Assembly: GCA_048128005.1 (NCBI GenBank)
Contig: JBEUKZ010000009.1
Location: 1 to 64,000 of the forward strand
DNA length: 64,000 bases
Source of the DNA: Veleropilina oligotropha
Taxonomy: Eukaryota
Reading direction: 5' to 3'
Position numbers and translations under genes: made by a program. The notes beneath the pieces were generated by a model. The model did no database searches. It was not told where the DNA came from and saw only the letters and a list, made by a program, of their open reading frames with translations. Of this stretch, positions 1 through 13,360 are shown piece after piece; position 1 is the first letter of the stretch; every line of letters starts with the position of its first letter.

Positions 1-64
1 ATGCATGCATGCACGCACGCACGCACGAACGCACCCACGCACGCACACACACATACATACATAC

Positions 65-126
<62 letters not shown>

Positions 127-137
127 TATATATATAT
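1..137. repeat. Compound microsatellite (GCAC/CA/ACAT/TA)n
   Basis: Simple repeats are directly visible. Confidence 0.95.
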
Positions 138-971
138 GCAAACCCACTCCTACGGACAGTTACGACCACCATCGCATCGGTGTCACTGTCTGTGTTCTAT
201 ATGTGTCTTCGATCGAGATTACAAATTAATATTATATAATACTGGAACAGAAACGCGGCAGTTTATCAAGTGGATTTATGATGGTGCTCTGATCACTATT
301 GAGGTAACAAGGTGTATTGATGTCCAATATAACACATTTGAAACCGTAATAACAGAAATAATGAAATAAAATAATTTCCCTGTGAATGTGATCATCCTAT
401 CAAATGTGAGTAAAAAAACATATCAAACGGTGACCCTGATCCCAATGATACGGACATTGACATATATATAAATATGCATTATAACCAAATTCTGCTCGTA
501 CAGGAAAAACTAAGAGATGCGGTGTACGAGGATCCAACGAAGAGGGCAATGCATACCCAACGCGGCCTATACATCAATTACATGGCGCTCTAATTAACCC
601 ACCAACAGACAGACTGAAACTTGAAAGCAGGGCCGTGTGATCACATAACGATTGTACACAGTTTGAAAAAAGTAATTCATGTGTATTCGCAAATATTAAA
701 TCCTTATTGTTGTTTAATAATATTATAAAGATTTGTGTCGTCAATGACAAGCTCGTTTCCATTCTGGGGGCAGTCGTCACTGACTCCGTGAATCTTTGGC
801 CCATTTGAGTATTTATTTACCAGACACATGCACGCAATATGTTATATGTTTCGTCTGCGTTTTCGCTGATAAAATTCAGTCTACAAACCGTGTCGTTGTT
901 CAACAGAAGTTTATTAATTAGTCGTAATTCCTTCCTATAGCTCTCTAACACCCTGCGACTGATAACACTCG

Positions 972-3030
972 TTCTTCTTCTTCTTGTCCCTCAGCCGCTA
1001 CGGCAAGTGTGATGCCGCAATCCCCAGCTTCCTCCAGTCCGCCCGGTCTTGCGCGCGGTGGGTGCACTCTGTGGCGGACAGTCCAGTCCACTGCTGGATG
1101 TCTGTCAGCTAGGTTTGACGTGGTCTCCCCGCTCCTCGTTTCCCTTCGACCCTTCCGTGCAGGATGTCGTTGGCCAGGCCTGGTTTCCGGCATACGTGTC
1201 CGAACCATTGGAGCTTGCGTCGCCGAGCAGTGGTCACAAGCGGCTCGTAGTCGCCAAAGCGGTCTCGTATTTCCTCTTCCACAGACACGTTCGTTCTTTT
1301 AATCTTCCAGGTAATTCCGAGTAGCCGCCGGTGGCAGCGCTTCCCGAAGCATTGTGCCGGTTGGTGATCCCTTTGGTATGAGTCCACGGTTCGCAGCCGT
1401 AGAGTGTGATGGAAATGACGAGCAATTGCAGGAGCCGGAATTTCACTGACAGCGAGATCTTCCTGTTGGTCCAGATACTGTTCAGCTGTGCCAGCTGACC
1501 TGTGGCAATGCCGATTCTTCGTTTAACTTCATCCTCTGAAGAAACTTGCTCATTCGGTATTGCCCCCAGGTATGCGAAGTTTGGCACGTGTTCTAGACTA
1601 TTGTCATTGATTCTAATGTCTTGTCCAGTGTGGGTTGTATTTGTAATACTATGACCCGTGATCATATATAGTCTTACTTTTTTCATGACTAATTTCCATT
1701 CCCATTCTAGATGCTTGCTTGTCCAGTTTGGATGTCAGGTTAGCCAGCTCTTCTCTGTTGCTTGCGAGAAGGTCAATGTCGTCCGCGAAACGCAGATTGG
1801 TAAAGCTTCTGCCGCCAACACTGAAGTCGTCAATGGTGTTGGTCATTATTTCTTCTAGTAAGACATTGAACAGGGTTGGGGAGAGCAGACACCCCTGCCT
1901 CTCTCCAACTGATGTGGCGAACCACTGTAGTTTCCCTTCGTTGGCAACTGCACTGGTGGAGTTGTTGCAGAGCGCTTCGATGAGAGTTACCATATTCTCA
2001 CTGACGTTGTGTTTCCTCAGCGTAGCCCATAAAGCTTCTCTTCACACTCGGTCGAAAGCCTTGCGGAAGTCAATGAAGTTGTGGTGCAATTGCATATTGT
2101 GGCCGCGATATTTTTCAGCTAGCAGTCTGACATTGAAGATTTGCTCGACAGTGCTGCGCTTTGGGAGGATTCCTGCCTGTTCCTCTGTCAGCAGCTTCTC
2201 TATTTGCGGATTCAGTCTGCTGAGGATGACTCTAAACAAGACTTTGCTCGCCGCGCTGATGATGATGATAGTCCGGTAGTTGTTGCACTGCTTTAGGTTA
2301 CCTTTCTTTGGCAGGACTATAATCAGCGATTTTGTCCACTCAGCAGGCCATTCACCAGTTGTCCAGACCATGTTGCAAATTGTGTGCAGGATCTCCGCAG
2401 ACGTTTCCGTTTTGAGAAGCTCGGCAGAAATGTTGTCAGCTCCCGCGGCTTTGCCAGACGAGCATTTGAATGGCTCTTTCAAATTCGGTTTTCAGAATTT
2501 CTGGTTCAGGGTCTGGATCAGGTTCACCAGAGCCTCCTCCTTACAGTTCATTGATGATGGTTGGGTCTGTGTTGAGTTCACAGTTGTAGAGTTCATGGAC
2601 ATATATTCTGTCCATCGATTATTAATTACATTTTTGTTCAGTAAGCAGGTTGCCGTGTTTGTCTTCGATGACACTCGTTCTGGACCTCATGGGCTTCTTG
2701 TTAGCAATTGTTTTCACTGTGTTGAAGGCTGACGTTGGTGTTTGCTGTTCGGTATTCCATTCTGGTGGTTGCATCTTCATATCTTCGACTTTTCAGCTTT
2801 CTGCGCGTGTCACGTAAGTCCATAACTTTGTCTGTCAGCCACGGCTGTTTCATGTATCTGGCTCGACCAAGAACTTCTTCCGCTGTTTCCGTGACTGCCT
2901 CTGTGAACCCAGTTGTGAGCTCTTGCGGGTCACTCAGCTCCATCAGTGGGGCATAGCGTCCGCCGAGGGTCACGTTGTAGTTGACTCTCACTATAGCAGA
3001 CTTGAGTTTTCTGACATCAAATTTAGTTCT
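972..3030 (-). mobile_element. 5'-truncated, frameshifted RTE-clade LINE (RT domain and C-terminus)
   Basis: Minus-strand ORF fragments give GKAAGADNISAELLK, WPAEWTKSLIIVLPKKGN, EEQAG, FIDFRKAFDRV, QGCLLSPTLFN, LRFADD, RRKLQWFGHVCR and VEGKRGAGRP. A (GAA)n tail lies at 972-985. Confidence 0.9.
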
Positions 3031-3119
3031 GGTAGCCGGTGTTCTTGGGTTCTACCAGCCATTAATTTAGTTTACATGCCCGATTCCCCACGTGACCTCC
3101 GGTCCTATTTCTAATTTCT

Positions 3120-4025
3120 GGCCGGCTAAATTTAGTTACGGGATAGCCGATTTGTTATATCGCGATAACAGCTATGAAATGTTTTATAAAAGGCTGAAAA
3201 TTTAATAGTTACTGAAGCGATATACCTGAAATTTTGAAGAAAGATAGATTACGGGAACCTTGCTTAATGGTGTAAATTATGTCACGTTATTTGCAGTATT
3301 TAAAGAGCTATCACAAATATCGCAATGTCTCGATGATTTTGACTTCGGAACAAAAATTGTTGCTACAAATTCTCTCAAACACATAAGGTATATCGATAAG
3401 AGTTGTAGATAATGTCTCACTCTGTAACTTGGTAAAATTTGAGGTGTTTTGTTTCAGTAGTTACAGATTTACGGCATTTATTTGCAGTTTGCTTTGGTTT
3501 CTAAAATGCTTATAAAGTTCACATTTCACATTATTTTCAAAATAATTTTGCTGATATCAATATAATTTCATCATGAATATGATTTGCATAATAAATTTGC
3601 ATAATTTAAATCGATTTGGCGAAATTAGAAATTGACCCCTATTTTTTAAATTTTAAATCCCCCTGGCGGCCATCTTGTGTAAGATAGATTCTATATAATT
3701 CATGTTGTCATTGGCCCCTGATCTAAAGAACATTTTGAGCGTATTTTGAAGTTTGGACGATGAAGCGTTTTAACGCTACAGCCGAAAACCTGTAAACCGG
3801 ATATTGCGTCATAAAATCCCAACCCGGATCACAATCCGGACTATCTTCGAGGAGGACCGAGCCAGAGAGACACTTTACCTTGTGTAAAAATTTCAAGTAA
3901 ATCGCATCAATAGTTTTCGAGTTATGCGAATGGACATACATACATACAGACATACATATGTATACATGTATACATACGGAGCCGATTGAAATCCCCTCGT
4001 CTCTCCTCCGGAGGGAGGGTAATTA
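3120..4025 (+). mobile_element. Non-autonomous Helentron/HINE-like repeat (boundaries approximate)
   Basis: GGCGGCCATCTTG motif, internal CATA/GACA microsatellite at 3933-3978, and a GC-rich terminal hairpin at about 3993-4019. Confidence 0.45.
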
Positions 4026-4094
4026 TATCTCCCCTATAGTGCGAAGGTGCCTTGCACAATGATAACATCTCTAACGCTGAAATATTGTATTAAC

Positions 4095-4290
4095 AATTTG
4101 CGTCTGTGTTTGCACAGGAAGATACAACACCTCCCAAAACCATCAACAAATTCACTTAAACGAACTTTTCAATACTCTGGCTCTGATCTTTGGAATAGGC
4201 TTCCCCAGACTGTGCAAAATGCAAAAACTGTGAGCAGCTTTAAAATATCAATGAAAAAACATCTATTAAAGTATCAATTGATCAATTTAA
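4095..4290 (+). mobile_element. 3' fragment of an L2/CR1-group LINE ORF2
   Basis: LPKPSTNSLKRTFQYSGSDLWNRLPQTVQNAKTVSSFK resembles the typical L2/CR1 C-terminal motif (R.F...G..LWN.LP......S...FK). Confidence 0.65.
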
Positions 4291-4445
4291 AATGTTTTAT
4301 ATTTATTTCACATTTTGTACAATTTTACAAAAGTTTCATATTTTCCCCTTTTACTCATTGAGGGATATGAAACGAAGTATCAAGATGCCAAAATATATAT
4401 CATTTCAACATTGCCGATGAGATGAAAACATGTTATATTAAGTAA

Positions 4446-4767
4446 CTAGCTGATTTGAGCTCCCCTCGGGAGCTCTAATTCAGCGTCGTGTATCCTGCGG
4501 CCCCAATTGGAAGAGCTTCGCCCCTCATATTAATTGACAATTGCGGCAAATACAAATTGCATACAATTAGCAAAATTTATAATTTTCGCCTATAATTAAA
4601 AAGTAAAAATTTGGGGGGGGGATTTTTTTTCTTCAAATTTTTTTTACGGCCAAGACCATCCCCCTGGGTACCCTTAGTTCACATGCAAAGTTTGGTGAGG
4701 ATCGGCCCAGTGGTTACGGAGGAGATAGCGGACAGACAGACAGACTCTACTATTTTATGTATAGAGA
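4446..4767 (-). mobile_element. Non-autonomous Helitron
   Basis: Minus strand reads A|TC...CTAG|T. A hairpin GAGCTCCCGAGGGGAGCTC (4457-4475) lies just inside the 3' CTAG, and there is an internal (GACA)n. Confidence 0.75.
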
Positions 4768-5377
4768 TACATAATACATTAGACTATAATAGGATTACAT
4801 TTTGGAAATATTTCACACAGGATTATTTCACACCGGGTTTAACCTCTCTTTTCGATCATACAGATTTCAAAAATATAAAGAACGTCTTTGGAGTACAGGT
4901 GATTTTCTCATGGCGATTAGATTTGAATTGAATCGGTTATTGTTACGACCACATTGTAATATTGTTTAAGTCATATTGTAGTTTAACGTCTCGATTCGAT
5001 AGACGCATGCTGGACGCAAGAAAGAACCCAGCTGACTATATTAATAATCAACTTAATTGAATGTCATTGTTGTTTCCATAACAGCATCACTGACAATCAT
5101 ACACTCATGCAACATTAGTAATAAGCAATAATGCACCATGAATATGCATCATCATCGACATTGATCAAGAGTAGAAAGAGCGCCGGACCAGAGAGAATAG
5201 AATTACCTAAGCTATATAAAATATACGAACAAATGCTAGAGATATATGCAACATAGTTGTTGAAAAGAGAGAAAAACAGCTAAACTGTCACTGCTGAACA
5301 TCATCTCAATAACTAGGTCGGGTGAATTGTCGCGAAGACAGACAACCCCAAATTAGCCTTAGCAGCCAAGTTGCAAA

Positions 5378-5651
5378 GATCTACAACTGTGAGATCTACA
5401 ACTGGGTGATCTACAACTGGGTGATCTACAACTGGGTGATCTACAACTGGGTGATCTACAACTGGGTGATCTACAACTGGGTGATCTACAACTGGGTGAT
5501 CTACAACTGGGTAATCTACAACTGGGTGATCTACAACTGGGTGATCTACAACTGGGTGATCTACAACTGGGTGATCTACAACTGGGTGATCTACCTCTGG
5601 GTGATCTACAACTGGGTGATCTACAACTGGGTGATCTACAACTGGGTGATC
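5378..5651. repeat. 15-bp minisatellite (GTGATCTACAACTGG)n, about 18 units
   Basis: Direct tandem repeat; the VIYNW ORF is a by-product. Confidence 0.95.
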
Positions 5652-5726
5652 CTTAACAGAATTCGATCAGTCTTCGATCGCCTTCTAAGATAGCCTATAA
5701 CCTAAACGATTTCAGGCATTAGTGGA

Positions 5727-5985
5727 GGCCGCTTCGGTAGCGCAGTGGGTAGAGTGTCCACTCTAAATTCACTGGCTTGTTTCCGCTGATGCGAACAGTA
5801 GTGGGATCGACCCCCAGCTGAGGCAGCACACATTTGTTCAAGTTATGAAGCACAGTTGTCCGTGACTGGCCGAAGAGGGCGGGTTTACCCGGCGACCGGG
5901 GTTTCCTCCCGCGATAACACGGACATGTCCTGCCTTGAACCTCGATGTTATAAATATACAGGACATTAAGCATAATTCCTCCTCC
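5727..5985 (+). mobile_element. tRNA-derived SINE with Meta/V-like core
   Basis: A-box-like TAGCGCAGTGG, B-box-like GGGATCGACCCC, core GGTTTACCCGGCGACCGGGGTTTCCTCCC, and an 11-bp TSD GCATTAGTGGA (5716-5726 and 5986-5996). A second full copy lies at 52313-52631. Confidence 0.85.
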
Positions 5986-6175
5986 GCATTAGTGGACAAC
6001 GGTGGTACAGGTCTTCGCCATAAGGAGGATCATCGAACATATCAACATCAACAAATTAACAGCTATAGTCACCTTTATTGCCTTCAAAGGGGGTTTCGAT
6101 CTGTACATAGCGACCGGATGATCGACATAATTAGTAGAGATTATTATATCATGGGGACGCTTTTAGTCACATTAC

Positions 6176-6345
6176 GGCCACTTTGACAGTCGTGTGGAAT
6201 CGGTTGTGGACTTCGAAAATCACTGACTTCATTCCGCTGATGCGAACAGTAGTGAGTTCAAATCTCGACAGAGGCATTACACATTTATTCAAGTTAAGAA
6301 TCACAGTTGTCCATAACTGGTCGGAGAGGGCGGGTTTCCCCGTGT
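6176..6345 (+). mobile_element. Diverged partial copy of the same SINE family
   Basis: Shares TTCCGCTGATGCGAACAGTAGTG...ACAGTTGTCC...GAGGGCGGGTTT with 5727-5985. Confidence 0.75.
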
Positions 6346-9300
6346 TTGGAATACAAAAGAAGCGGGGACACAACATCGAACTAGTCAATGATTTCAAATA
6401 CCTGAGTTCTTGAGTGGATGAGCCTAAGCATCAATCCATATATCTATCTCATCATCCACCATCTCTACAAGGTTACGTAAGGAGTTTGAAAAGATCGAAC
6501 GCCCAGGGACGTAGATGTTTCATTCTCATACACAATGTGGCGCATGTCCTTCCACAGGAGCCAGGCATTGGCTATGGTAATAACTTTATAGTCAGCATAA
6601 AGAAGGAGTTTTGATGCCAGTTATTCGTTTAATCTTTCTTCCATGCATGTAAACAAGACGAATGACCTCTAACAAAGTAGGCGACATACCAACCTGCTTC
6701 CGTTACTGTAATAAAAGATGGTCCTGTATGTATGTCATTCTCGAATAGTAATTGTGCTCTTTGCATTAACATGTCACATACCTTCACCAATGCCCGCCAG
6801 CGGCTTCTCCAACGATCCGCTGCTATTCATTCCTCAGTTAACCAGTCAATATGGATGCCATCATGGATTTTTAGATTTCGCTTTGACGTAGTCAGCGGAG
6901 CTTTACTGATACCGCTTTATCCGCGTCTTCCATAGTCAACTTTTGACTTCAAATGTGAATATATCCAAAACTGTTGGATAACATTTGTTTCGCATGAGCC
7001 TAAGCTTCCTTATGATGTTCTGAACATATCCTGAAATTATTAGAAACAGTTAATTCTACATCGCGTTTTTTCCTAAAATTCAGCTTTTGGGACTTAGAAA
7101 ACCTACTTGTGTCAGGCTTTTGCTTGGAATGTGAATATCTTTAAAACTGTGTGATATCTTTTGTTTTAATTTGGCACGAGTCTTCCTTATGATGTTGTGA
7201 ACATATCCTAAAAAAATAGAAAATTCTACATCTCGGTTTCTGATGAAATTCAGAATTTGGACAGTTGCCCTGCATATTGGTCATATGCTAAATACAAATT
7301 CAAAAGTTGATCGACTATATTGAAGAACCATTTCCAGCGGAGCTCTATAGGTCGAAATGCCTCTTGTCTGTGTATCCAGTCTTCTGCTTCCATAGTCTGA
7401 TCTGGTGAGCAATTGTCTTTGCAAGTTGGGCAATGTGACCACAGTATTTCATGCATAGTGTCCGTTCTAGGCAATATTGTCTAAAACAAGAGGCCTCTCG
7501 ACCTATAGATCCCCGCTGGAAAGGGTTCGTCAATATAGGCAAACAACTTTAGGAATTTGGGCAGCACTTCCCCAATAGTCAGGGAACATTGCAAAAATCT
7601 GGGAACAAATTCCTTACCAAAAATTTTCTTCACCATTGTGTTTTTAAAGGTGTCTACTAACAAATTTCAAAAAGTTTAAAATCAATTCCCGTGGCGTAAC
7701 TCATGACAGCTCCGGAAAGATGGAGTAACCGGAACCTTATCCGGGAAAATTGCAAATGTTCAATTCTGCCGTAAGTAGGTTGTGATGTGTCAAACCGGTG
7801 GGTTTATCATGATTCTGAATCGATTGCAAGCATTTTTTTGCACCAAAACCACTTCCTGAAGGTAAAACGGCCGCGCCAACTTATCCCGCCATTTTTCACA
7901 CATTTCCCGCCTTTTTCGTAAAAGTAAATATAGCTGGGTGTATGCAAATTAAAAGTAGCCTTATACGTTTATTTATTAATTTAAATGCATGTAACTTACA
8001 AAAAGTAACTTTTATTTGTTTCTTTATTAATTTATTCGCCATGTTCATGTTCATGTAACACGCCTTCAGTGAGATGGATGAAATGAAGATCATTATGGAT
8101 ACGGTAGCGTATGGAAAGATGGGTGCCAGACACACAGTATTTGAACAGAGGTTTGAAGAAACTTTCAAAATACTCAACACAGGAGGAAGGACGCCTGCGC
8201 TCTGGATCCAGTATCATTACATGGTCGATGTCATAAAGATCTTCATCAAAACTGAATGACTTGCAGACCACAACGGGCACCTGTACTGCATTGTTAATAC
8301 AATGTTGGATATCTTTTCAGCTGCCGGCATCATCAATACGCCAAAGGTCCACGGTTGTATTGTCAGCTGATGAAGCAGCTGGAAACTTCGCCTGCATATA
8401 AGGAGACATTCAAAAGTTTCATGGCCCATGAGAACCACGTTGTCCGTTACTCAATCCTGCAATGAATGGTCTGGCTCATGGTGTGACATCTGTATCGAGC
8501 AGAGACTGATGAAGACGGCCAGAACAAAGGGAGGATGAGGAATAGTGATTCCGATCACAAGTGCTGGATGCAAACCCTCAACCATTTTCCCGATATCAAC
8601 CAGCGCATGAAGGAAGGTATAAAGAAACATGGATCACTCCACAAGGATCGTGTCAAAACACGGATGAAGCGATTGGCCTTGCTGTCAGATGGTTCGATGA
8701 GAGCATCCCCTTCGATTACGACCGCGACAAGCATTTGCTTGTGTCTTTCGCACCATGATTCACTAGTAATGCAGATGATGCAGTTAACGCGGAGGGAGCG
8801 GTTGAAGTAGGGAGGAGGATGCAGATAAAGCTGGATGGACAGTCAGCGACATCTACCATGGAGGTGAAGTTCAAAGTCCAAGCTCTGTCATCACTCAGAA
8901 TAATTCCCAAGGTCAATTAGAAGAAGATTCGCCCCAACTCACTCAAGTTGTTCAGCCGACTGATAATTTTCGCGCATGGGATATGACAATCGAGACAATC
9001 CTAGAGTATGAGTTGACTCCCTACGTCTTGTTTGTTTAGTAACAAAGACCACAAAATGAACAAGGCAGGCTTTTCTAAGAATAGCCTTAAAGTGTTGACC
9101 GATCCGCTTGACGTCACTGACCAAACCCGCTACTGTTTGGTGATTGATGGCGGATGGCTTCTCTACATGGTGAAGTGGGAACAAGGCCCGACTTGGCAGG
9201 AGATTGCCGACAGTTACTTAAGATACGTGCAATTTATCGGCAGTCGCTTTCAGATCACTGTGGTCTTCGGTGGCTACAGTAGCTCGCCAAAAGATCACGA

Positions 9301-9909
9301 CCACATCCGTCGTTCCAAGAACTCTTGCTGTGATCTTCAGATTCGACCGGATATGATTCATTTGACACCAAGGGCAAAGTTCATGGACAACACTCACAAC
9401 AAGAGTGAGCTCATTCATCTACTCTCTTCAACCTTTAAGAAATGTCAGATCACCGCGGAGCAGTGTGACAATGAGGCTGACACAGCGATTGTGAGAGCAG
9501 CATGGATGCTGCTACATATAACTCTGAGGTCAGTAAAATTGTGTGTATGTATTTTACTTACATCGACTATGATTACATTTTATTTTTTTCCGTGTTCATT
9601 AATTGCTATGTAACTGTATTTGTATTTTAATGTACCACGTTAATTGTTATGTAAGTGTATTAATTTTTTGCAACAATGTTAAATTACTTGTCGATTGTTC
9701 ACCGTTTTTTTCACAGTTCAAGATGCTTTGCTCATATCTTGTTCTATTTCAGATGCGAGCGGAAGACGCGGACGTGTTGAAAATGCAGGTGCACCATAGC
9801 TCAGGCACCAATCATCCGCTGTTTGTAACCACGTCAAAGGGTTGTTACGATGTAAGGAAGACCCGCGAAGGCCTCTCTGAAATACAGAGGCGCTACCTGC
9901 TCTTTTGTC

Positions 9910-12386
9910 GAATGTAGGACAAAACCCCAATAGGACAAAACCACAATGGGAAAAAACCCACATGGACAATAACCCAATAGGTCAAAACCCCAATGGTAAA
10001 AATGCTCCTTAGGACAAAGCCCCAATGGTGTTATTTTTTACATCATATATATACAAAGAAAAAAGGAATATGTTACTAAAAGTTAACATTAACTACCTGT
10101 TTATATTTTTATTAGATGATTATTATATTGACAGTCTTAATTTGTTCATAATATGAATGCTAATTAGGTACATCTTTAATGGATTTATAGATTATCTTCA
10201 CCTTGGCTCGATGGTTTGGGATTTAGACATTATCTTCACCTTGGCTCAATGGTTTGGGATTATCATCACCTTAGTGAGCATCTTTCTTGGACATCAAAAT
10301 TAAGCAACGATTGAATGAGTTTAATCACTTCGTAGTTGTAAAACATACCACTTCATGAGTTGTCTATATAATATTGACAGATATAATCTTCTTGTGGATT
10401 ATGAACAAGTAAGAATGTAATCACATCAAAGTAACTTAAAACAAAATGATTGTCCTTTGATGCATAATTGCCCTGCCTATATATTCCATCCGAAATTAGT
10501 AGCAGCATCATTCTAGTGTTCTCAATCATGGAAATCATTAGAAACGCAAAAGAGGGAGCAAAGCTATGTGTGGATGGTTGTATGTACACCAAAAAGGCGA
10601 GCAATAAATCTCGAATTCACTGGGAATGTAGTCGACGATCAGCACTTTCATGCAAAGGAACAGTAACAACAGACTTGGAGGTATGTATTAATTGTTTAAA
10701 TTAAATTGTCGTAATTATTTTATAACTGAGTTAAACAATATTATTTATTTTCTCATTTAGAGATGGAGGGCATATCGGTGCGCATTGCCAGACAAACTTA
10801 TTTCAAGAAATACTTAAATGAGTTGCAATTAATACAAAACATGGGGAAATGTATAATAATTTAATATATACATCTTCTTTCAGATTAAAGAAATAATATC
10901 TACTAAAGATCACAGCCATGCGGGTGATTTAAACCACGTACAAGCAGCAAAAGTGCGAGAGGTTCAAAAGGAACAGGCATCAACCAACCGAGGACGACCA
11001 GGGCAGATCGTTGCAGATAATTTAGTTCGACAACCACTCGAGGTACGCGCCGCCATGGGCAAAATGGACTCAATAAAACGCTCCATTCGAAGACATGAGC
11101 AAGGAACACTTCCGAAAGATCCGACAAATTTACGCAAGCTAGAAACTGAAGGTGAATGGACAACTGGTTACCCGGATAATGAACCATTTCTAATTCATGA
11201 TAGTGGCGCAGTTCCAAACAGTCGATTAATTGTGTATGCCACAGAGCAGGGATTACGTTAATTATCACGATCAAATACATGGTATGTGGATGGTCCTTTT
11301 TCTACAGCACCTAAATTATTTCAGCAATTATATGTGATTCGAGTTGACCTTGGGCAATCTGCTGTAACATGTGTGTATGCTATCATGACAGACAAATCGC
11401 AAATAATGTATGAACAGTTGTTCCAAGCGATAGTTGATGAATGTGATCAACTTGGTTTCAACCCAGACCCTACCACCGTGATATCGGATTTCGAACAAAC
11501 TGTGATAAATGCAACATCGAGCATCATTGGGCCGCACGTCAGACATCAAGGCTGTTTCTACCACTTGACACAAAGTGCATGGCGAAAGTTACAAAGTCTT
11601 GGACTTGTCGAAATGTACAAAAGTGATGACAAAGTGAAACTTTTCTGCGGAATGTTGGATGGACTGGCTTTTTTACCTGATGATAAGGTCACAAATGGTA
11701 TGGAGTATTTAATGGAAAACACCCCTTCAGGTTTGCAACCACTTGTGGATTACTTCAATTCAACATATGTGAATGGAACATACCGAAGAATTCAACCACC
11801 AGAAACTGAAGCAACTGGAGATGTGCCACCAATTCGAATGCGGCGGATACCACCGTAATACCCACCATCATTATGGAACGTCCATACGGCTACAATGAAC
11901 AACGAAGCTCGTACCAACAACTTATGCGAAAGTTGGAACAATGGGTTCCATAACTTGGTCGGATACCATCACCCGTCAATTTGGGCATCCATCGAGAACA
12001 AAGGCCAGCACTGCCATTCTTCACGAATCTCGCGGTAATCCACCACAGAAATGAGTACATCGTGCAACGGTAGATCACCAAAAACATTTAAGAAACTTGT
12101 GCAGTGCATTTGCAGATAACAGCAAAACAATTGAGACGTTCCTCCATGGCATTGGATATTGTATTAGGCTACATTGATCTGCTATTAAATCAGTTTAATT
12201 ATATTAAAGGAATTCCTCCATTATATGACCATTGTATATGATAAAAAGAGTATATTTTATTTGTTATATTTTATTATGAATTATATGACCATTGGGGTTT
12301 TGTCCTAAGGGGCTTTTCAACCATTGGGGTTTTGTCCCATTGGGGTTTTGTCCTATTGGGGTTTTGTCCTATTGGGGTATTTTCCG
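9910..12386 (+). mobile_element. MULE (Mutator/MuDR-like) DNA transposon nested in Academ
   Basis: TIRs are built from tandem ~18-bp GGACAAAACCCCAAT units (9910-10030 and 12288-12386). Near-perfect 9-bp TSD TCTTTTGTC/TATTTTGTC. Removing the element restores the Academ LLFCHAFTGCD motif. Confidence 0.88.
10528..12177 (+). pseudogene. FLYWCH-MULE DDE transposase with one intron (10681-10883) and premature stops
   Basis: Exon 1 (WECSRR...CKG) joins exon 2 (KDHSH) in frame. Motifs WYVDGPFSTAPKLFQQLY, SDFE, GCFYHLTQ and RTNNLCESWN. In-frame stops at 11259 and 11856. Confidence 0.85.
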
Positions 12387-12665
12387 TATTTTGTCACGCC
12401 TTCACCGGTTGTGACACTGTTTCTGCAATCGGGGCCATGGGAAAACGACGCTATTTGACAAGTTTTATGCAGGGGGAATTAATGAACACATGGTCATCTT
12501 CATTGATGTACGGGCTAGTAAAGATGCCGTGATCAGAGCTGGTATTGCCATTTTGCAGCACATTTATCATGCATTAAATACTACTTTGGGGCAATACACC
12601 ATGCATGTTAGATAATAAATAGTAAATATAGATTTACTTATTTTGAAACAAAAAATTGTGAAACG

Positions 12666-12710
12666 ATTACGACGTTTCGGTCAGACTACTGCAGACCTTG
12701 GTCACGTAAT
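12666..12710 (-). ncRNA. Minimal type I hammerhead-like ribozyme in the PLE pLTR (G3-C8 core variant)
   Basis: Minus strand ATTAC-GTGACCA-A-GGTC-loop-GACC-GAAACGTC-GTAAT gives stem I, core, stem II and a palindromic stem III. Confidence 0.65.
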
Positions 12711-13315
12711 GACGGTTTATGACGTAGCGCTCTACGTGGCAGGAGAATCGATGTGTAGACTGCCGGAAGGTGGTAGCCCAGGTCCCGGTTCATGGTGGGT
12801 TTCTGTTGCCTGATGTAAATGGCTTCTTTCACTTTGCGGCTGAACCAGTCTTCTTCTAGTGTTAGTATCCTGATGTTCTTTATGGATACTGAGTGTCCAG
12901 TCTCTAGACAATGGCCCCCCCACCTGTGGGCCGGTCGATGTTGCAATGTTCCTTGAACCGTTGTTTTAGGGGGAGTTTCGATTCGCCGATGTAGGTGTGT
13001 TGGTCGTCTGATTCACACGTAATGTCCTAGATGGTGTTACACGGCTTTTCCATGGGTGTTTTGTCCTTCGGATAGACAATCAGCGAATGGATTGTATTCA
13101 TCGGTTTGTGGAATATATTTACGTTATGACTCAACACCCGGGCTAGTGGTTCAGATAAACCTTGCATGTACGGTAACCCTATGCATGGTGGTTTGTTTCC
13201 TCCTCCGTTGTTGTCGGTATTTGTGGATCGAGGTGAATCGGGACCTGGGCTACCACCTCCCAGCCGTCTACACATCGATTCTCCTGCCACGTAGAGCGCT
13301 ACGTCATAAACCGTC

Positions 13316-13360
13316 ATTACGTGACAAAGGTCTGCAGTAGACGGACCGAAACGTCGTAAT
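13316..13360 (+). ncRNA. Second hammerhead-like motif in the inverted pLTR (core GTGACAA, probably inactivated)
   Basis: ATTAC-GTGACAA-A-GGTC-loop-GACC-GAAACGTC-GTAAT. Confidence 0.55.

Noticed and set aside
5322..5693. 123-aa ORF with VIYNW repeats
   Set aside because: Product of a stop-free 15-bp minisatellite.
5727..5825. tRNA gene (also 52225-52302)
   Set aside because: A and B boxes are present, but there is no proper cloverleaf and the sequence continues into a SINE body.
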